Part shown: piece after piece, positions 19,877 to 31,788 of the stretch
Position numbering within the stretch: the stretch's first letter is position 1
How the letters are laid out: each line of letters begins with the position of its first letter
From: Podarcis muralis
Lineage: Eukaryota
Length of the DNA: 64,000 bases
Assembly: GCF_964188315.1 (NCBI RefSeq)
Contig: NC_135661.1
Coordinates: 15,748,001-15,812,000 of the forward strand
Reading direction: 5' to 3'
Notes under the pieces: model-generated
Told to the model about the DNA's origin: nothing
The model's input: only the letters and a program-made list of their open reading frames with translations
Databases searched by the model: none
Translations under genes and position numbers: made by a program

Positions 19877-21919
19877 TCTCACAATAGTAATAGTACCTCA
19901 GGTTAAGAACTATACCTCAGGATGAGAACAGAAATCGTGCGCTGGCGGCAGCGGGAGGCCCCATTAGCTAAAGTGGTACCTCAGGTTAAGAACAGTTTCA
20001 GGTTAAGAACGGACCTCCAGAAAGAATTAAGTTCTTAACCTGAGGTACGACTGTAATGATAAGGTTTACTTACATTCAGTTCACAGTAGGGTCCTGAAGG
20101 CAGGCTTTAGCTTTTAGTTACAGAGAAAGGTGTGGGTTCATCCTCTTGTGAGGGATGAGCCCATGTGCTGCTGACTGAGAGCCACACACAGCAAAAGAGC
20201 ATATCAAGAGAGAAGGGCGGAAAAGGGAAGATGGCTGCATGACCAGCCCTTTTATGGGGTCTCCCAGGGTCACGCCCATCTACCTGGTCACACACTCAGG
20301 GGGAGAGGATACTCCAGACCAGGTGTGACAGGAAGTCCTCCTGGCTGGAGCAACACTCCCCTGTGTGTACACTCTGGGAAAACAGGAAATGTTGTATTTG
20401 GCTGCTTTTGTGGTGTTACATCCCACACATCCCTGACTACAGGTGCTGCTAGCTAGGGATGATGGGGATTGTAGTCCAAAAAGAAATGGCGACACAAGTT
20501 GGGGAAACCCTGCTCCGCTGCAATGGAGCTTTCTCCCGCTCTCCTTTGCCTGTATGTCCCCCCACATCCCTGCCCTAATTCAGTTCTGTGGGGTCAGGAG
20601 AACCCCCCAAAGCAGAACTCAGGGGGAGTAGAGGGGGAAATGCTTGCACTGACAGAGTGCTGTTGAATTCTGCCCATTGCTTCTGCCAAGGAATTCTGGG
20701 AGCTGTTGGGAGCGGTAAACTGGATCCCCCAGAATCCTTTGGGGGAAGCCAAGCACTCAAGTGTATGGTGCAGATGTGGCCTAAGAAGCAACAATCGTGC
20801 ACTGGTGGTGGCTTTTCTACCGGTTCGCCCACACATCATTAAACTTTGTTTGTCGTTCTGCAATGCTTCCCCCATAGTTTTATGACATAACTTCATCAAA
20901 TGATTCTGGGGCTGTGTGCAAAAAGTGTGAATGGAATTAATTCACAGAGATACAACCGCATGTCGTCAGGTAAGCATGATAAAATGCACAACACCTTTTT
21001 ATCAAGCCCTTCCCCCAAATACCTCAAGGCAGCTTCTGTTTTATGCTCACAACAGCCCTGTGAGGTAGGTCAGTCTGAGAGATAAGTTACTGGCCCCAAG
21101 TCACCCAGTGGCTGAGTGGGAATTTGACCCTGGGTCTTCCCAGTCCTAGTCTCATAAACTCATCATTATACTCCACTTCATATGCTAAGTCTCTCCTCTT
21201 TACAAAACATTACTTTGAATAAATTCTTAACGGTAAAATATATACTGTAATAATAATAATAATTGCACTCTTAACATTCATCAATTTGTTATCCCAACAC
21301 CTTTTCACTCATTGATTAGAAGACTGGAAAATGGGCAGATTTGCTGGGCAACCAGCTAGAATACAGCCCATATATTTCTCTTTCTTATTTTTTTCCTCAT
21401 AACTCTGCAACCAAAGGGACTAGAAACTTAACAAAAATAAAACTGAAAATTCATCTTCACTGATATATCTGGGACCAAAAGGACTAGAAACTTAACGGGG
21501 GGGGGGGGAGTAAACCTGAAAATTAATTTTTCCTTCTATCTCCGGATCCAAAAGAGTAGAAACTTTTTTTTTTAAAAAAAGCTTAAGATTCACGAAAAGA
21601 ACCCTGAGTATAAATATGTAGTCTAGAGACACCCTCATAGGCTAAGGCTCAGTCTAGTGGATTATTCTAATCTGGGGGATAAAACCCTCAGTCACGGCCG
21701 TTCTCTCTCTGTGAAGGCAAAAGTCCACAGCACACCTTAAAATTCCACCACATTTCCCTCTCTTAACCACCATCATTCAAACACCCCCTCCCTCCCTCCC
21801 TCTTGGAGCTAAAACAGGCAGGTAAGGCGGAGCCCACCCCATATGCTTTAGCAAGGAGGGCCTGGTCTCAAAGATCTTAGGAAGCAGGCTGGCAATGATT
21901 CAGTAGGAAATGGATTTAC

Positions 21920-22028
21920 CTGTATTAGGATAGATGGTGGAGCATCCTTCCAATAATAATAATAATTAAAAATAATATTTACAATAATGCCTGCAATTTT
22001 CCCCGGGATCCTTGGATTGACGGCGGCA

Positions 22029-22066
<38 letters not shown>

Positions 22067-22370
22067 CCGCCCCCCTGCACTAGGATCCTGCGTTTCTGGC
22101 TGGGGAGGAGGCTGGGTGATGTCACTGTGTCTCCTGCCCTGCCTTTCCCCCAGCCCTGCAGAAACGCATCCGCCTTCTCTCCACCTCGTCCACCCCGTGC
22201 CTTAAAGAGGCAGGAGCCAGGGATGCGATTCAGCATCCTGCTGCACTGGTACCCAACGGCGGAGGGCAGGAAATGGATTGGTTGAAAGACCGGAGGGGAG
22301 GCGCGCGCGCGCGCACACACACACACGGAAAAGTCTCTGCTGAGGGAGGATCCAGATTCAGGTATGCTTT
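21920..22370. promoter_or_regulatory. Candidate promoter / non-coding first exon region between divergently oriented SLC45A1 (-) and claudin gene A (+)
   Basis: CpG-containing; CCAAT (minus) at 22277-22281; (GC)7(AC)6 tract at 22301-22326; (CT)n at 22031-22063; minus-strand donor CAG|gtaaat at 21920/21919 and plus-strand donor CAG|gtatgc at 22361/22362. Confidence 0.45.
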
Positions 22371-22490
22371 GGAGAGCACGGAAGGTGTTTGCTGAAAACT
22401 GGGTACCGAGGCAATCGCTGGATTGTATCCCTACAAAACCCTTTTTCTAAATAAAGAAGAGGAAAGTTTGGATTCTGTTGACTCCAGAAT

Positions 22491-23480
22491 CAGTGCCGGA
22501 TTTACGTATAAGCTAAACAAGCTATAGCTTAGGGCCCCATTCTCTTGGGGGCCCCCCAAAAAAAATTAAAGGAAAAAAACAAACCTAGAGGTACATTTCC
22601 AAAATATAAGATTAAAAAAAAAAACCTACATACAGCAACACATACAGTGTTGTGTAGACTCTTGAGAGTCCCATGGACTGCAAGGAGATCAAACTTATCC
22701 ATTCTTAGGGAAATCAGCCCTGAGTGCTCACTGGAAGGACAGATCCTGAAGCTGAGGCTCCAATGCTTTCGCCACCCCATGAGAAGAGAAGACTCCCTGG
22801 AAAAGACCCTGATGTTGGGAAAGATGGAGGGTACAAGGAGAAGGGGATGACGACAGAGGACGAGATGGTTGGACAGTGTTCTCGAAGCTACGAAGAGTCG
22901 GACACGACTAAACGACTAAACAACAAGCCTCCTTTGTTTTTAATATAACTTTATTAATTTAAAATAAATACATTTATGAAAAACAGATGTACATACAAGT
23001 AAACAAACATACAATCAAACAAACTAATAACAGAAAATTCAAACAAACCACCACACTAAGATATAAGAAGATTAATATAATACAGTGAGATTAATTGGAA
23101 GTCAGTTTTAAATTTCTTCTCTATAAATTTTATAATTGTGTTCAATACCAGGAGTATATATGATGATGATTATAGTTATAATTATACAACAAGGCTCCTA
23201 TGATGTAAGTAATGGGCCCTGCCTGCTAGCCTGCTCCCTAAAATATCACTATTAATATACTTCTTAATTGTATTTCAGTTCAACAATTACTTTGATAAAA
23301 TACATATTTTGTTACGTGTAAATGGCTTTACATACCTATTAGGTCCAAAAATCACCATATAGCATATATTCAACACAAAAAAACAGCAACAATTTGTTGT
23401 TGGCAAAAGATAGCTGGACATATAAAGGGACCCATTACCTTCAGTAGCTTAGGGCCTCATCAAACCTAAATCCAGGCCTG
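22491..23480. mobile_element. hAT MITE (family H1) with nested BovB and AT-rich LINE-tail fragments
   Basis: TIR cagtgccggattta...taaatccaggcctg; perfect 8-bp TSD tccagaat. Confidence 0.85.
22646..22925 (+). mobile_element. BovB (RTE) LINE 3' fragment
   Basis: RLLRVPWTARRSNLSILREISPECSLEGQILKLRLQ; acgactaaacaacaa tail. Confidence 0.85.
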
Positions 23481-23907
23481 TCCAGAATGATGACGAGGAA
23501 GAGCTGTAGCCCAGTGGCAGAGCATCATCCGAAGGTCCCAGGTTCAATCCCCTTCTGGCATCTTCAGGTAAGCCTAGGAGAGGCCCCTGCCTGAAATCCT
23601 GGGCAGTTGCTGCCAAGTCCATGTTGGCAATACTGAGCTAGATGAATCAATGGTCTGACTCAGTGTGATGCAGCTTCCTGTATTCCTATTATACAGCCCC
23701 CCATCCATATGGGGGCTGCCTCATCCTGAAAAGTTTTACCAGGTGACTCGGAATGTATGCTCCTTTTCCATAACAAACTGTGCCAAAAAAGAGTCTCACA
23801 AATATTTTTTTAAAACCCTTTCCTATCAAAATGCGTAGCATAGCTGGGGAGGGAAGCTGCATCCCCATAAGACAAAATCAACAGTTGAATAACTGTGGAA
23901 CAAATTC

Positions 23908-24380
23908 TACATCACCTTGCCAACAAAGGTCCGTATAGTTAAAGCTATGGTTTTCCCAGTAGTGATGTATAGAAGTGAGAGCTGGACCATAAAGAAGGAT
24001 GGTCGCCGAAGAATGGATGCTTTTGAATTATGGTGCTGGAGGAGACTCTTGAGAGTCCCATGGACTGCAAGAAGATCAAACGTATCCATTCTTAAGGAAA
24101 TCAGCCCTGAGTGCTCACTGGAAGGACAGATCCTGAAGCTGAGACCACCTCATGAGAAGAGAAGACTCCCTGGAATAGACCCTGATGTTGGGAAAGGTGG
24201 AGGGAACAAGGAGAAGGGGACGACAGAGGACGAGATGGTTGGACAGTGTTCTCAAAGCTACCAGCATGAGTTTGACCAAACTGCGGGAGGCAGTGGAAGA
24301 GAGGAGTGCCTGGCGTGCTCTGGTCCATGGGGTCATGAAGAGTCGGACACGACTAAACGACTAAAGAACAACAACAACAG
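23908..24380 (+). mobile_element. BovB (RTE) LINE 3' fragment
   Basis: TKVRIVKAMVFPVVMY..ESWTIKK...DAFELWCWRRLLRVPW; (CAA)n tail; ends about 350 bp upstream of the gene A start codon. Confidence 0.9.
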
Positions 24381-24744
24381 AACAAATTCAGTAGGATAGT
24401 GAAGTAATCCAGATTACATAGGTGGCAAATGTGACATGAAGCCTGGCAACCTGAACCCCAGCGTAGCCACTTGCAGATGATCTCGAAGTGCCCGGAGACA
24501 GTCTGGTCGTGCAGCTAACACAGCAGTTTGACTTTGCCAACAAAAATGCATGTTCTTTCCATTTCCACAAGGGGGAACATGCTGGCTTTTACCAGCTTCC
24601 CTCCCAAAGTCCTTTCCACTTAGATCTGCTGGTCACCTTCTGGTCTACTGGTTCCAAGAAGAAAAGTGGTGTGCGTATGAGTGTGAGTGTGTGTGATGTT
24701 GCGAAGGAAAATTCCTAGTTGAGCGTGGAATGGAGATCCCGGGC

Positions 24745-25768
24745 ATGGCAGTGGCAACAGACATCCTGGCGATGGGACTGGGAGGGCTGGGCTTTTTGCT
24801 TCTCGTTCTGGGTGCCGGAGCAGATTGCTGGAGGGTAAGAAACAAATTAAGAGGACTTTAAAGCTGGGAAGGGGGCGGGGGGTGGGGAATCAAAAGCTGT
24901 GTTGTGCCAAATACCTGCCCTTTGGTTTCCTCGGTTGTTTTCCCTTTTTCCTGCCTCATCTGTGGGTAGGGATGCAAAAACCTGTCTGATTTCATTTTCC
25001 GAAGGCAAACTTCAAGTTCCGAAATGAGATGTTAAGTGCAATGTAGCCAACCTTTGCGCTTCTTCAGATTTTGCAGGGCTGTTCTCCTCCACGCAATGTG
25101 TAGATAGCATACACTCAGTGGCGTAGCGTGGGGGGTGCAGGAGGGCCGGCCGCACCGGGCGCAACATCTGGGGGGGGGCGCGCTCGCACTCGCAGCTCTC
25201 TGTCCCTACCTGGCTCACTCACTCTCTCTCACTGCAGTGCTGGCTGTGCGAATCCGAGCCGAGCCGCCGGGTCGCCGCCCACTGTGGAGGGGGGGTGTGC
25301 CAGGCGTGCGGTGCGGGTTAGGGGGCGCAAATCCACGGGTTAGGGGGCGCAAATTACTTGCCTTGCCCCAGGTGCTGACAACCCACGCTACGCCACTGCA
25401 TACACTGGATCGCAACCTGTAGAAGTCCCAAGCACTGACAATGTGCAATTAAAAATTAAAACAATACTGAACCATATAATAAAATTGTACTATTTGTAAT
25501 GACACAGAACTTGCATGTATGCTGAAATGCACTTGCATGTATGTCATTGGTGACACCCAACAGGATCTGATATCCTCTCATTAGTTTGGAGGAATGCTCC
25601 CTGGCTTAGGTGGGGATAAGTAATAAAAAGAGAACAGGAATAATGAGGGAAGTATTTGTAGTGGAGGGTAAGGAAGCCTAACAAAGTTCTGGTTTCCCCC
25701 ATGGTGATTACTTAGAAGCTTTTTATTTTTTTGGAAATCTCAAATGTTAAATTACTTCCCAAAAGAAA

Positions 25769-25815
<47 letters not shown>

Positions 25816-26358
25816 ACCCCTGCTTTGCTGGTACCTGAAACGCGCTTAATCAGTCCATTGGGCAATCTAGCACTGTGTGCTACAAGACGAAGACACAAAG
25901 TCCTTCTGGGAAATTCTTCAACTTGGATCAGCTTCTGAGCCATTCCCTCATCCCAGCATACAAAAAATTTCTTGGTCCCCCTTTCCCTCTCTGAAGAAAT
26001 TGAAAACTTGCTTGATAGAAGAACTGGGGGGTGCTTGGCTTGTGCTGTTGTCAAACCCAAGGCCTGGTTGCCATAGGAACGTTAAGCTCTGGGGAAAATA
26101 TACAGCAGCGGCGAGGGCCGGTGTACTCCTGGAAAGGTCAAACCTGCTTCTGGTGACTTTGATAAAGAGGGGCCAGTGCCCCCAGCTTTGCCCTCACTGG
26201 GTAAACACTGGCCACGGGAGCCATCACCGCTTCTTCCTTTCTTCGTTGCTGAACCCTCTCCGGGTGTTGGATGCACAGGAGCCTGCTCTGTCAAACATAT
26301 TTACTAATATTCATAAAAGTGAGCTGCCTGTGTGTGTGAAAGATACATACATACAGGC

Positions 26359-26401
<43 letters not shown>

Positions 26402-27093
26402 AGAGAGTGTGGGCTGTGAGGATGAGAGTGCCCGAGACACAGGACAGTCAGAACATGATAACGTAAGAGCCTACTGGATCTGGCCAATGGCCCATCTAGC
26501 CCAGCCTCCTGTCCTCACAATGGTCAGCAAGTTTCCTCAGAGGCCTAGGACCCTCGTACTTATGGGACCACCTCTCCGGTATGACCCACGGAGGACCTTA
26601 AGGTCCATAAATAGCAACACCCTAGCGGTCCCGGGCCCTAAGGAAGTCAGATTAGCCTCAACCAGAGCCAGGGCCTTTTCAACTCTGGCTCCAGCCTTGT
26701 GGAACGCTCTGTCTCATGAGACCAGGGCCCCGCAGGATCTGATTTCTTTCCGCAGGGCCTGTAAGACAGAGTTGTTCCGCCTGGCCTTTATCTTGGAATC
26801 AACTTGATCCCCTCTTTCCTTTTTCCTTTCTCCTTCTGTGATGGAACTCCTATTTGGGGACTTCCCTGGCTTTTCTGGCCCACGTAGGACCAGTCTGGAT
26901 AGTTGACCTTGGTGAAGATTTGACGTTTTCATCCCCCAAAAGTTTATGATTTGACTTTCTACTGAAATGAGGCTGCATTTTAATGTTGTACTTAATCTTG
27001 TTTTTAAGTTGCATTTTAATCAATTGTTTTTATACCTGGTGCTGTTAGCCGCCCTGAGCCTGGTCTTGGCTGGGGAGGGTGGGGTATCAATAA

Positions 27094-27140
<47 letters not shown>

Positions 27141-30100
27141 ATGGGAAACCTGTAAGCAGGACCTGCACACAAGAGCCCTCTCCCCCTCCTGTGGTTTCCA
27201 GACACTGGTATTCAGAAGCATTGCTGCCTCTGACCGTGGTGGCAGAATGCAGCCACCACGGATAGCAGCCATTGATCATCTTCTCCTCCAGGAGGTTCTC
27301 CAGTCCTCTTTGAAAGCTATCCAAGTATGGCGGCCACCACTGCCTCCTGCAGGAGCGAGTTCCACAGATTACGCACTGTGTGAAGAAGTTATTCTCAACT
27401 GTCCTGGTCTGTGGACCAGCTGAATGGGGTTCATGAACAGCCCGTGGTCTGCAGGCCACTGCTTAAGAACCTCTAATTAAAAAATTAGTTCTCAAAGTCT
27501 CTCTCCACCCAACTTCTGATGATTCCACCCTGCTCACCTTCCTTCTTTCTTACAACGAGTCCAGAGTGTAGTCCTGGGTGTCTTCATCTTCCTCCTTAGT
27601 CTCAGAGTTGAACTTGGGGGATGCGGGGGATGGGGACAAAACTAGAATGAGTTAGCTCTGCCTGCCATGCCCTCTGGCGCCACCTACTGTTGGCCTCCCT
27701 GCCTTCTGTCCTACCAGACTTCATGGGCACCAGCCTCTACTGACTACAATTCCCACCACCCCAGTTCATTAGCCATGCTTGGGGCTGAAGGGTGCTTCAG
27801 GGAGTCCAACCACATCTGGAGAGCCTCAGGTTCTTTCCATCCTCGAATAGGGGACAGATTCCCTCCTGCCACAATCCTGAGGCTCCAACCAATTGGAGGG
27901 GCAGGCAGCCTGGGTACAACTGAGTTAGTCCACCAACACCTTTCTACTCAACTCCATCTCACTTCACCTCACCTGTCTGTACAAAAATCCCGGCGGTGCC
28001 TCATAACTGCACAGAACATTTCTTCTCTCTTCTCTTCTCTAGCAAGATGCCAAGGACCCCCTGTCTTCGGTAGGGCTGAGTGCCCGGTGCCGGGGGTTGT
28101 GGAGTGAGTGTGTGTTTGATAACGTCGCTGACCTCTGGACCTGTGACATCCCGATCTCCTATCTCAGCGAGCATCCAGGTGAGGAAAATAAACCAGGTCC
28201 ACCTAGTTGGAGCAGGTTGCAAAGGTGGACAGGACACATGGGAAGCTGCCCTGTACCATTAGTCCATCTAGCTCAATAATACCAGCACTGGCTGGCACTG
28301 GTTCTCCAAAGTTTCAGACAGCAGTTTCCCCCCAGCCTCACCTGGAGTTTTTCGGGGATTGAACCTGGGATCAGAGGCTCCCAGTCAAAGGTGCAGTTCT
28401 AAGACTCTCAGCTCAGTTATTGCCAGTGGGTTTATTCCATAAGTCACAACAATGGCCAAACAGTGGTCAGGTTACAAGGTGTGTAGGTCACCAGTCTCCA
28501 GGCGGAAATTGCTAAATGTCCTGGAAAATCCAGCCATATGGCAACCCATGTTGGGAGTGAAGTTTCCCACGTTGGGCAAAAGATTCCTACATTGCAGGGG
28601 GTTGGACTAGATGGTCCTAGTGGTCTCTTCCAACTCAACAGTTCTATTATTCTAACCCAGAGGAGGTTTTTGAGAGAAGGGGGAGAGATTTTGTTGTTGT
28701 TGCTGCCATTATTAAATAAGTGAGCATCAGAAACCCCACAGGAAAATTTGCCTGCAGTCTACCATTAAACTCTGATCTCCTTTCAAGGTGCCTTCCGTGT
28801 TCTAAAGTCTTGTTCTCTCTCAATTCTTCACCCCATCCCACCAGCTGTTCTCGTGGTCACTCGGGTCTTGGTGATCCTCTCTGCCTTTCTGACTCTTTCT
28901 GCCATACCTCCCTTCATTGCTGGCATGAAATGTACCAAGCTAATGCGCAGCAGAGTCCTTCAGAAACAGAAGTTCTCCCTGGCTGCTGGCATCCTGTTCC
29001 TCTTAGGAGGTAAGCACAGCCTTGCTTTGTTTCAGGTTGGGGCAGAATAGTACTTGATCTAGACCTTGGCTTCCACAGTCTCGTTTGTAGGGTGCCTCCT
29101 TCCTCTTCCTTTTTACATTAGTCCTGCATTAAAGCCTTTAACAGCAACCAAAAAACCGAGGAACCCTCCAGATTCCCTTTTATTCCACATTCATGATGAT
29201 TTGTGCTCACAATGGTATTGGGGTGGTTAAACTTGATCCCGCATTTATGACTGTCTGCACTTGCAACTTTTTACAGTCTGAACAGCTGTAGTGGCGAAGC
29301 AGTACAGATTGTTCATGTTCAAAATAAGTAAATGTAAGTTGAAAGAGAGTAATATGTGGAAGTATAGGGTTGTCTCCAACTAAGACCTACTCGGAGCAGA
29401 TCCAGGGCTGGGTTTAGGTTTGATGAGGCCCTAAGCTACTGAAGGTAATGGGGCCCTTTATATGTCCAGCTGTCCTTTGTCAACAACAAATTGTCACTGT
29501 TTTTTGTGTTGAATATATGCTATATGGTAGTTTAAAGGTAAAGGTACCCCTGCCCGTACGGGCCAGTCTTGTCAGACTCTAGGGTTGTGCGCTCATCTCA
29601 CTCTAGAGGCCGGGAGCCAGCGCTGTCCGCAGACACTTCCGGGTCACGTGGCGAACCTACTCTGGTGAGCCAGAGCCGCACACGGAAATGCTGTTTACCT
29701 TCCCGCTAGTAAGCGGTCCCTATTTATCTACTTGCACCCGGGGGTGCTTTCGAACTGCTAGGTTGGCAGGCGCTGGGACCGAGCAGCGGGAGCGCACCCC
29801 GCCGCGGGGATTCGAACCGCCGACCATGCGATCGGCAAGCCCTAGGCGCTGAGGTTTTACCCACAGCGCCACCCGCGTCCCATATATGGTAGTTTATGGA
29901 CCTTTAAATTTTTGGGGGGCCCCAAGAGAGTGGGGCCCTAAGCTACAGCTTGTTTAGCTTATACGTAAATCTGGCACTGAGCAGACCCATTTAACTAAGC
30001 TGGTCATGCCCGTTATTCAGAGTAGGACAGAGTAGGATGATGTATTATTATTATTAAGGAAGCCACGGCAGCTGGAAACTCTAATGTGGAATGGTCTCCC

Positions 30101-31788
30101 TTTCACAGGGCTCTCTGGAGCGGTTGCTTCTCTGTGGTACGGCATCGACACCGTTCAGAAGTATAAGCTTGAGGTAAGTGAGGTACCCTAAAAGAACATA
30201 TGAACAGAAGAATCATAGAACTGTAGAGTTGGAAGGGACCACACGAGGGTCGTCTAGTCCAACCCCCTGCATTGCCAGAAACTTCTGCCCTACATGGGGC
30301 TCAAACCAACCATTCTGAGGTTAAGAGTCTTAAGCTCTACTGACTGAGCTATATGGCAGAAGCTGCCTCATGCCAAAGTCTGCTAGCCCAGTACTGTTGA
30401 CACAGACAGGCACCAGCTCTCTAGGAAGGGAGTCTTTCCCAGCCCAGTTTGGCGATGGCTAGGGACCTTCCTGCATGCAAAGTAGGGGCTCCACCACACA
30501 GTTGTGGCCATTCCCCAATGGGAATGGAGTTTAGTACAGAACCTATTGAAAGCCACATGGATTCTTTAGGGCGTTCCCCATCCACCTCCTGCCTTGACTG
30601 GCTGCAGTTCCCTAGGGTCTCAGCCCTTTCCCAGAAGTAGCTGAGATGTCAGGATTTGAACCTGGGGCTTTCTGTCCGCAAAGCCCTACAAGTGAGAATT
30701 TTTTTTATGGTAATCAACACATGCCTTTAAAATGTGCTGCTCCCACCTGGTTCGATGCCTGCAGAGTGTCCGGGATCACTCACCATCTCTTTTTTTGTAG
30801 TATTTTTGCTTTTCCATTTTCAAAATTTAAACATAATCTTATTATCCACATTGTTTTTTGCTCTTCTGAGCCAAATCAACTTCTCCCCCTCCTGCCTCAT
30901 GGCTTTGAAAGTTCACCCTTATATCATAGCATTCATACATCTTCCATTTTACGTATTTCTCATTCAACTTATCTCCACTTTCAAATAAATAAAAAAGGTA
31001 ATAACCATTATCATTACAAGATTTCTTACAACCCTACTAGTGTTGGTAAATGTTTACAATAATCCTTCAAATATTGTACAAATTTACTCCAGCCTTTTAG
31101 GAAAGCTTGATCACGCTGGTTTCAGATTTTCCCGGTCAGCTTTGCCAATTCCGCATAGTCCATCATTTTCATCTACCACTCTTCAATCGTTGGTACAGTG
31201 GTACCTTGGGTTACATATCCTTCAGGTTACAGACTCCGCTAACCCAGAAACAGTACCTCGGGTTAAGAACTTTGCTTCAGGATGAGAACAGAAATCATGC
31301 TCCGGCGGCGCGGCAGCAGCAGGAGGCCCCATTAGCTAAAGTGGTGCTTCAGGTTAAGAACAGTTTCAGGTTAAGAACGGACCTCCGGAACGAATTAAGT
31401 ACTTAACCAGAGGTACCACTGTACTTCTTGTTGCTTCCATTTTTGGGCTAAAAGAGTCCTTGCTGCAGTAGTAGCATACATGAACAATTTATGATCGCCC
31501 TTTGGTATTTCTTCACCTACTATACCTAATAAAAATGCTTCCAGGTTTTTTTTTTAAGAAAAGGGATCGCTCACCATCTCAGTTCTCTTTCAGGTCAGCT
31601 TGGGCATCCCTGGCGTGACTTACGAGCTTGGCTATTCCTATTGGATGGCTGCCGCGGGCGCCGCTTGCTCCACTTCCGGCGGTGCCTTACTGATCGCCGC
31701 CGACTGCCTCGATGCCCAGGCGCCGAAGAGAAAGCAGAACCTTCTCTGCAGCCCACTGACCTCCAAAGGGCCACAAACCTACCTATGA
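24745..31788 (+). CDS. Divergent claudin-16-like protein (gene A), complete, 216 aa (221 aa from in-frame ATG at 24730)
   Basis: Exons 24745-24834 (90 nt), 28043-28178 (136), 28845-29009 (165), 30109-30173 (65), 31594-31788 (195); total 651 nt, GT-AG, open frame. Protein: MAVATDILAMGLGGLGFLLLVLGAGADCWRQDAKDPLSSVGLSARCRGLWSECVFDNVADLWTCDIPISYLSEHPAVLVVTRVLVILSAFLTLSAIPPFIAGMKCTKLMRSRVLQKQKFSLAAGILFLLGGLSGAVASLWYGIDTVQKYKLEVSLGIPGVTYELGYSYWMAAAGAACSTSGGALLIAADCLDAQAPKRKQNLLCSPLTSKGPQTYL. Claudin W-GLW-C-C signature and four hydrophobic segments; DCW, CRGLW and EHP motifs as in CLDN16. Confidence 0.88.
25116..25398. mobile_element. hAT MITE (family H2)
   Basis: TIR cagtggcgtagcgtggg...cccacgctacgccactg; perfect 8-bp TSD catacact. 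Confidence 0.88.
25772..25813. repeat. (GT)n microsatellite
   Basis: Direct reading; also (CA)n at 45721-45761 and (GACA)n at 26357-26400. Confidence 0.95.
26545..27138 (+). mobile_element. L2 LINE 3' fragment
   Basis: ORF2 C-terminus (RTLRS...[21 protein letters not shown]...FRRACKTELFRLAF), 3' UTR and (TTA)n tail; related inverted copy at about 37860-38390. Confidence 0.8.
29403..29979. mobile_element. hAT MITE (family H1, inverted, internally deleted) with nested Sauria SINE
   Basis: TIR cagggctgggttta...taaatctggcactg; TSD agcagatc/agcagacc. Confidence 0.8.
29535..29881 (-). mobile_element. Sauria SINE (variant subfamily)
   Basis: 14-bp TSD tatatggtagttta at 29521-29534 and 29883-29896. 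Confidence 0.88.
31196..31421. mobile_element. Tigger-like MITE, main family
   Basis: TIRs and TA TSD; last intron of gene A. Confidence 0.9.

Larger units (their letters stand above)
19022..20053. mobile_element. Tigger-like MITE split by a SINE that is itself split by an L1
   Basis: MITE left arm 19022-19090, right arm about 19883-20053, TA at both ends. Confidence 0.85.

Noticed and set aside
23908-24399. BovB ORF as a sign of a new horizontal transfer
   Set aside because: BovB is a well-known abundant resident of squamate genomes; these are truncated, frameshifted 3' fragments.
27087-27272. ORFs with poly-Ile, poly-Asn, RE/SL or HT/VC runs (also near 37774, 10581, 25744, 43147 and 45617)
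   Set aside because: Translations of microsatellites.
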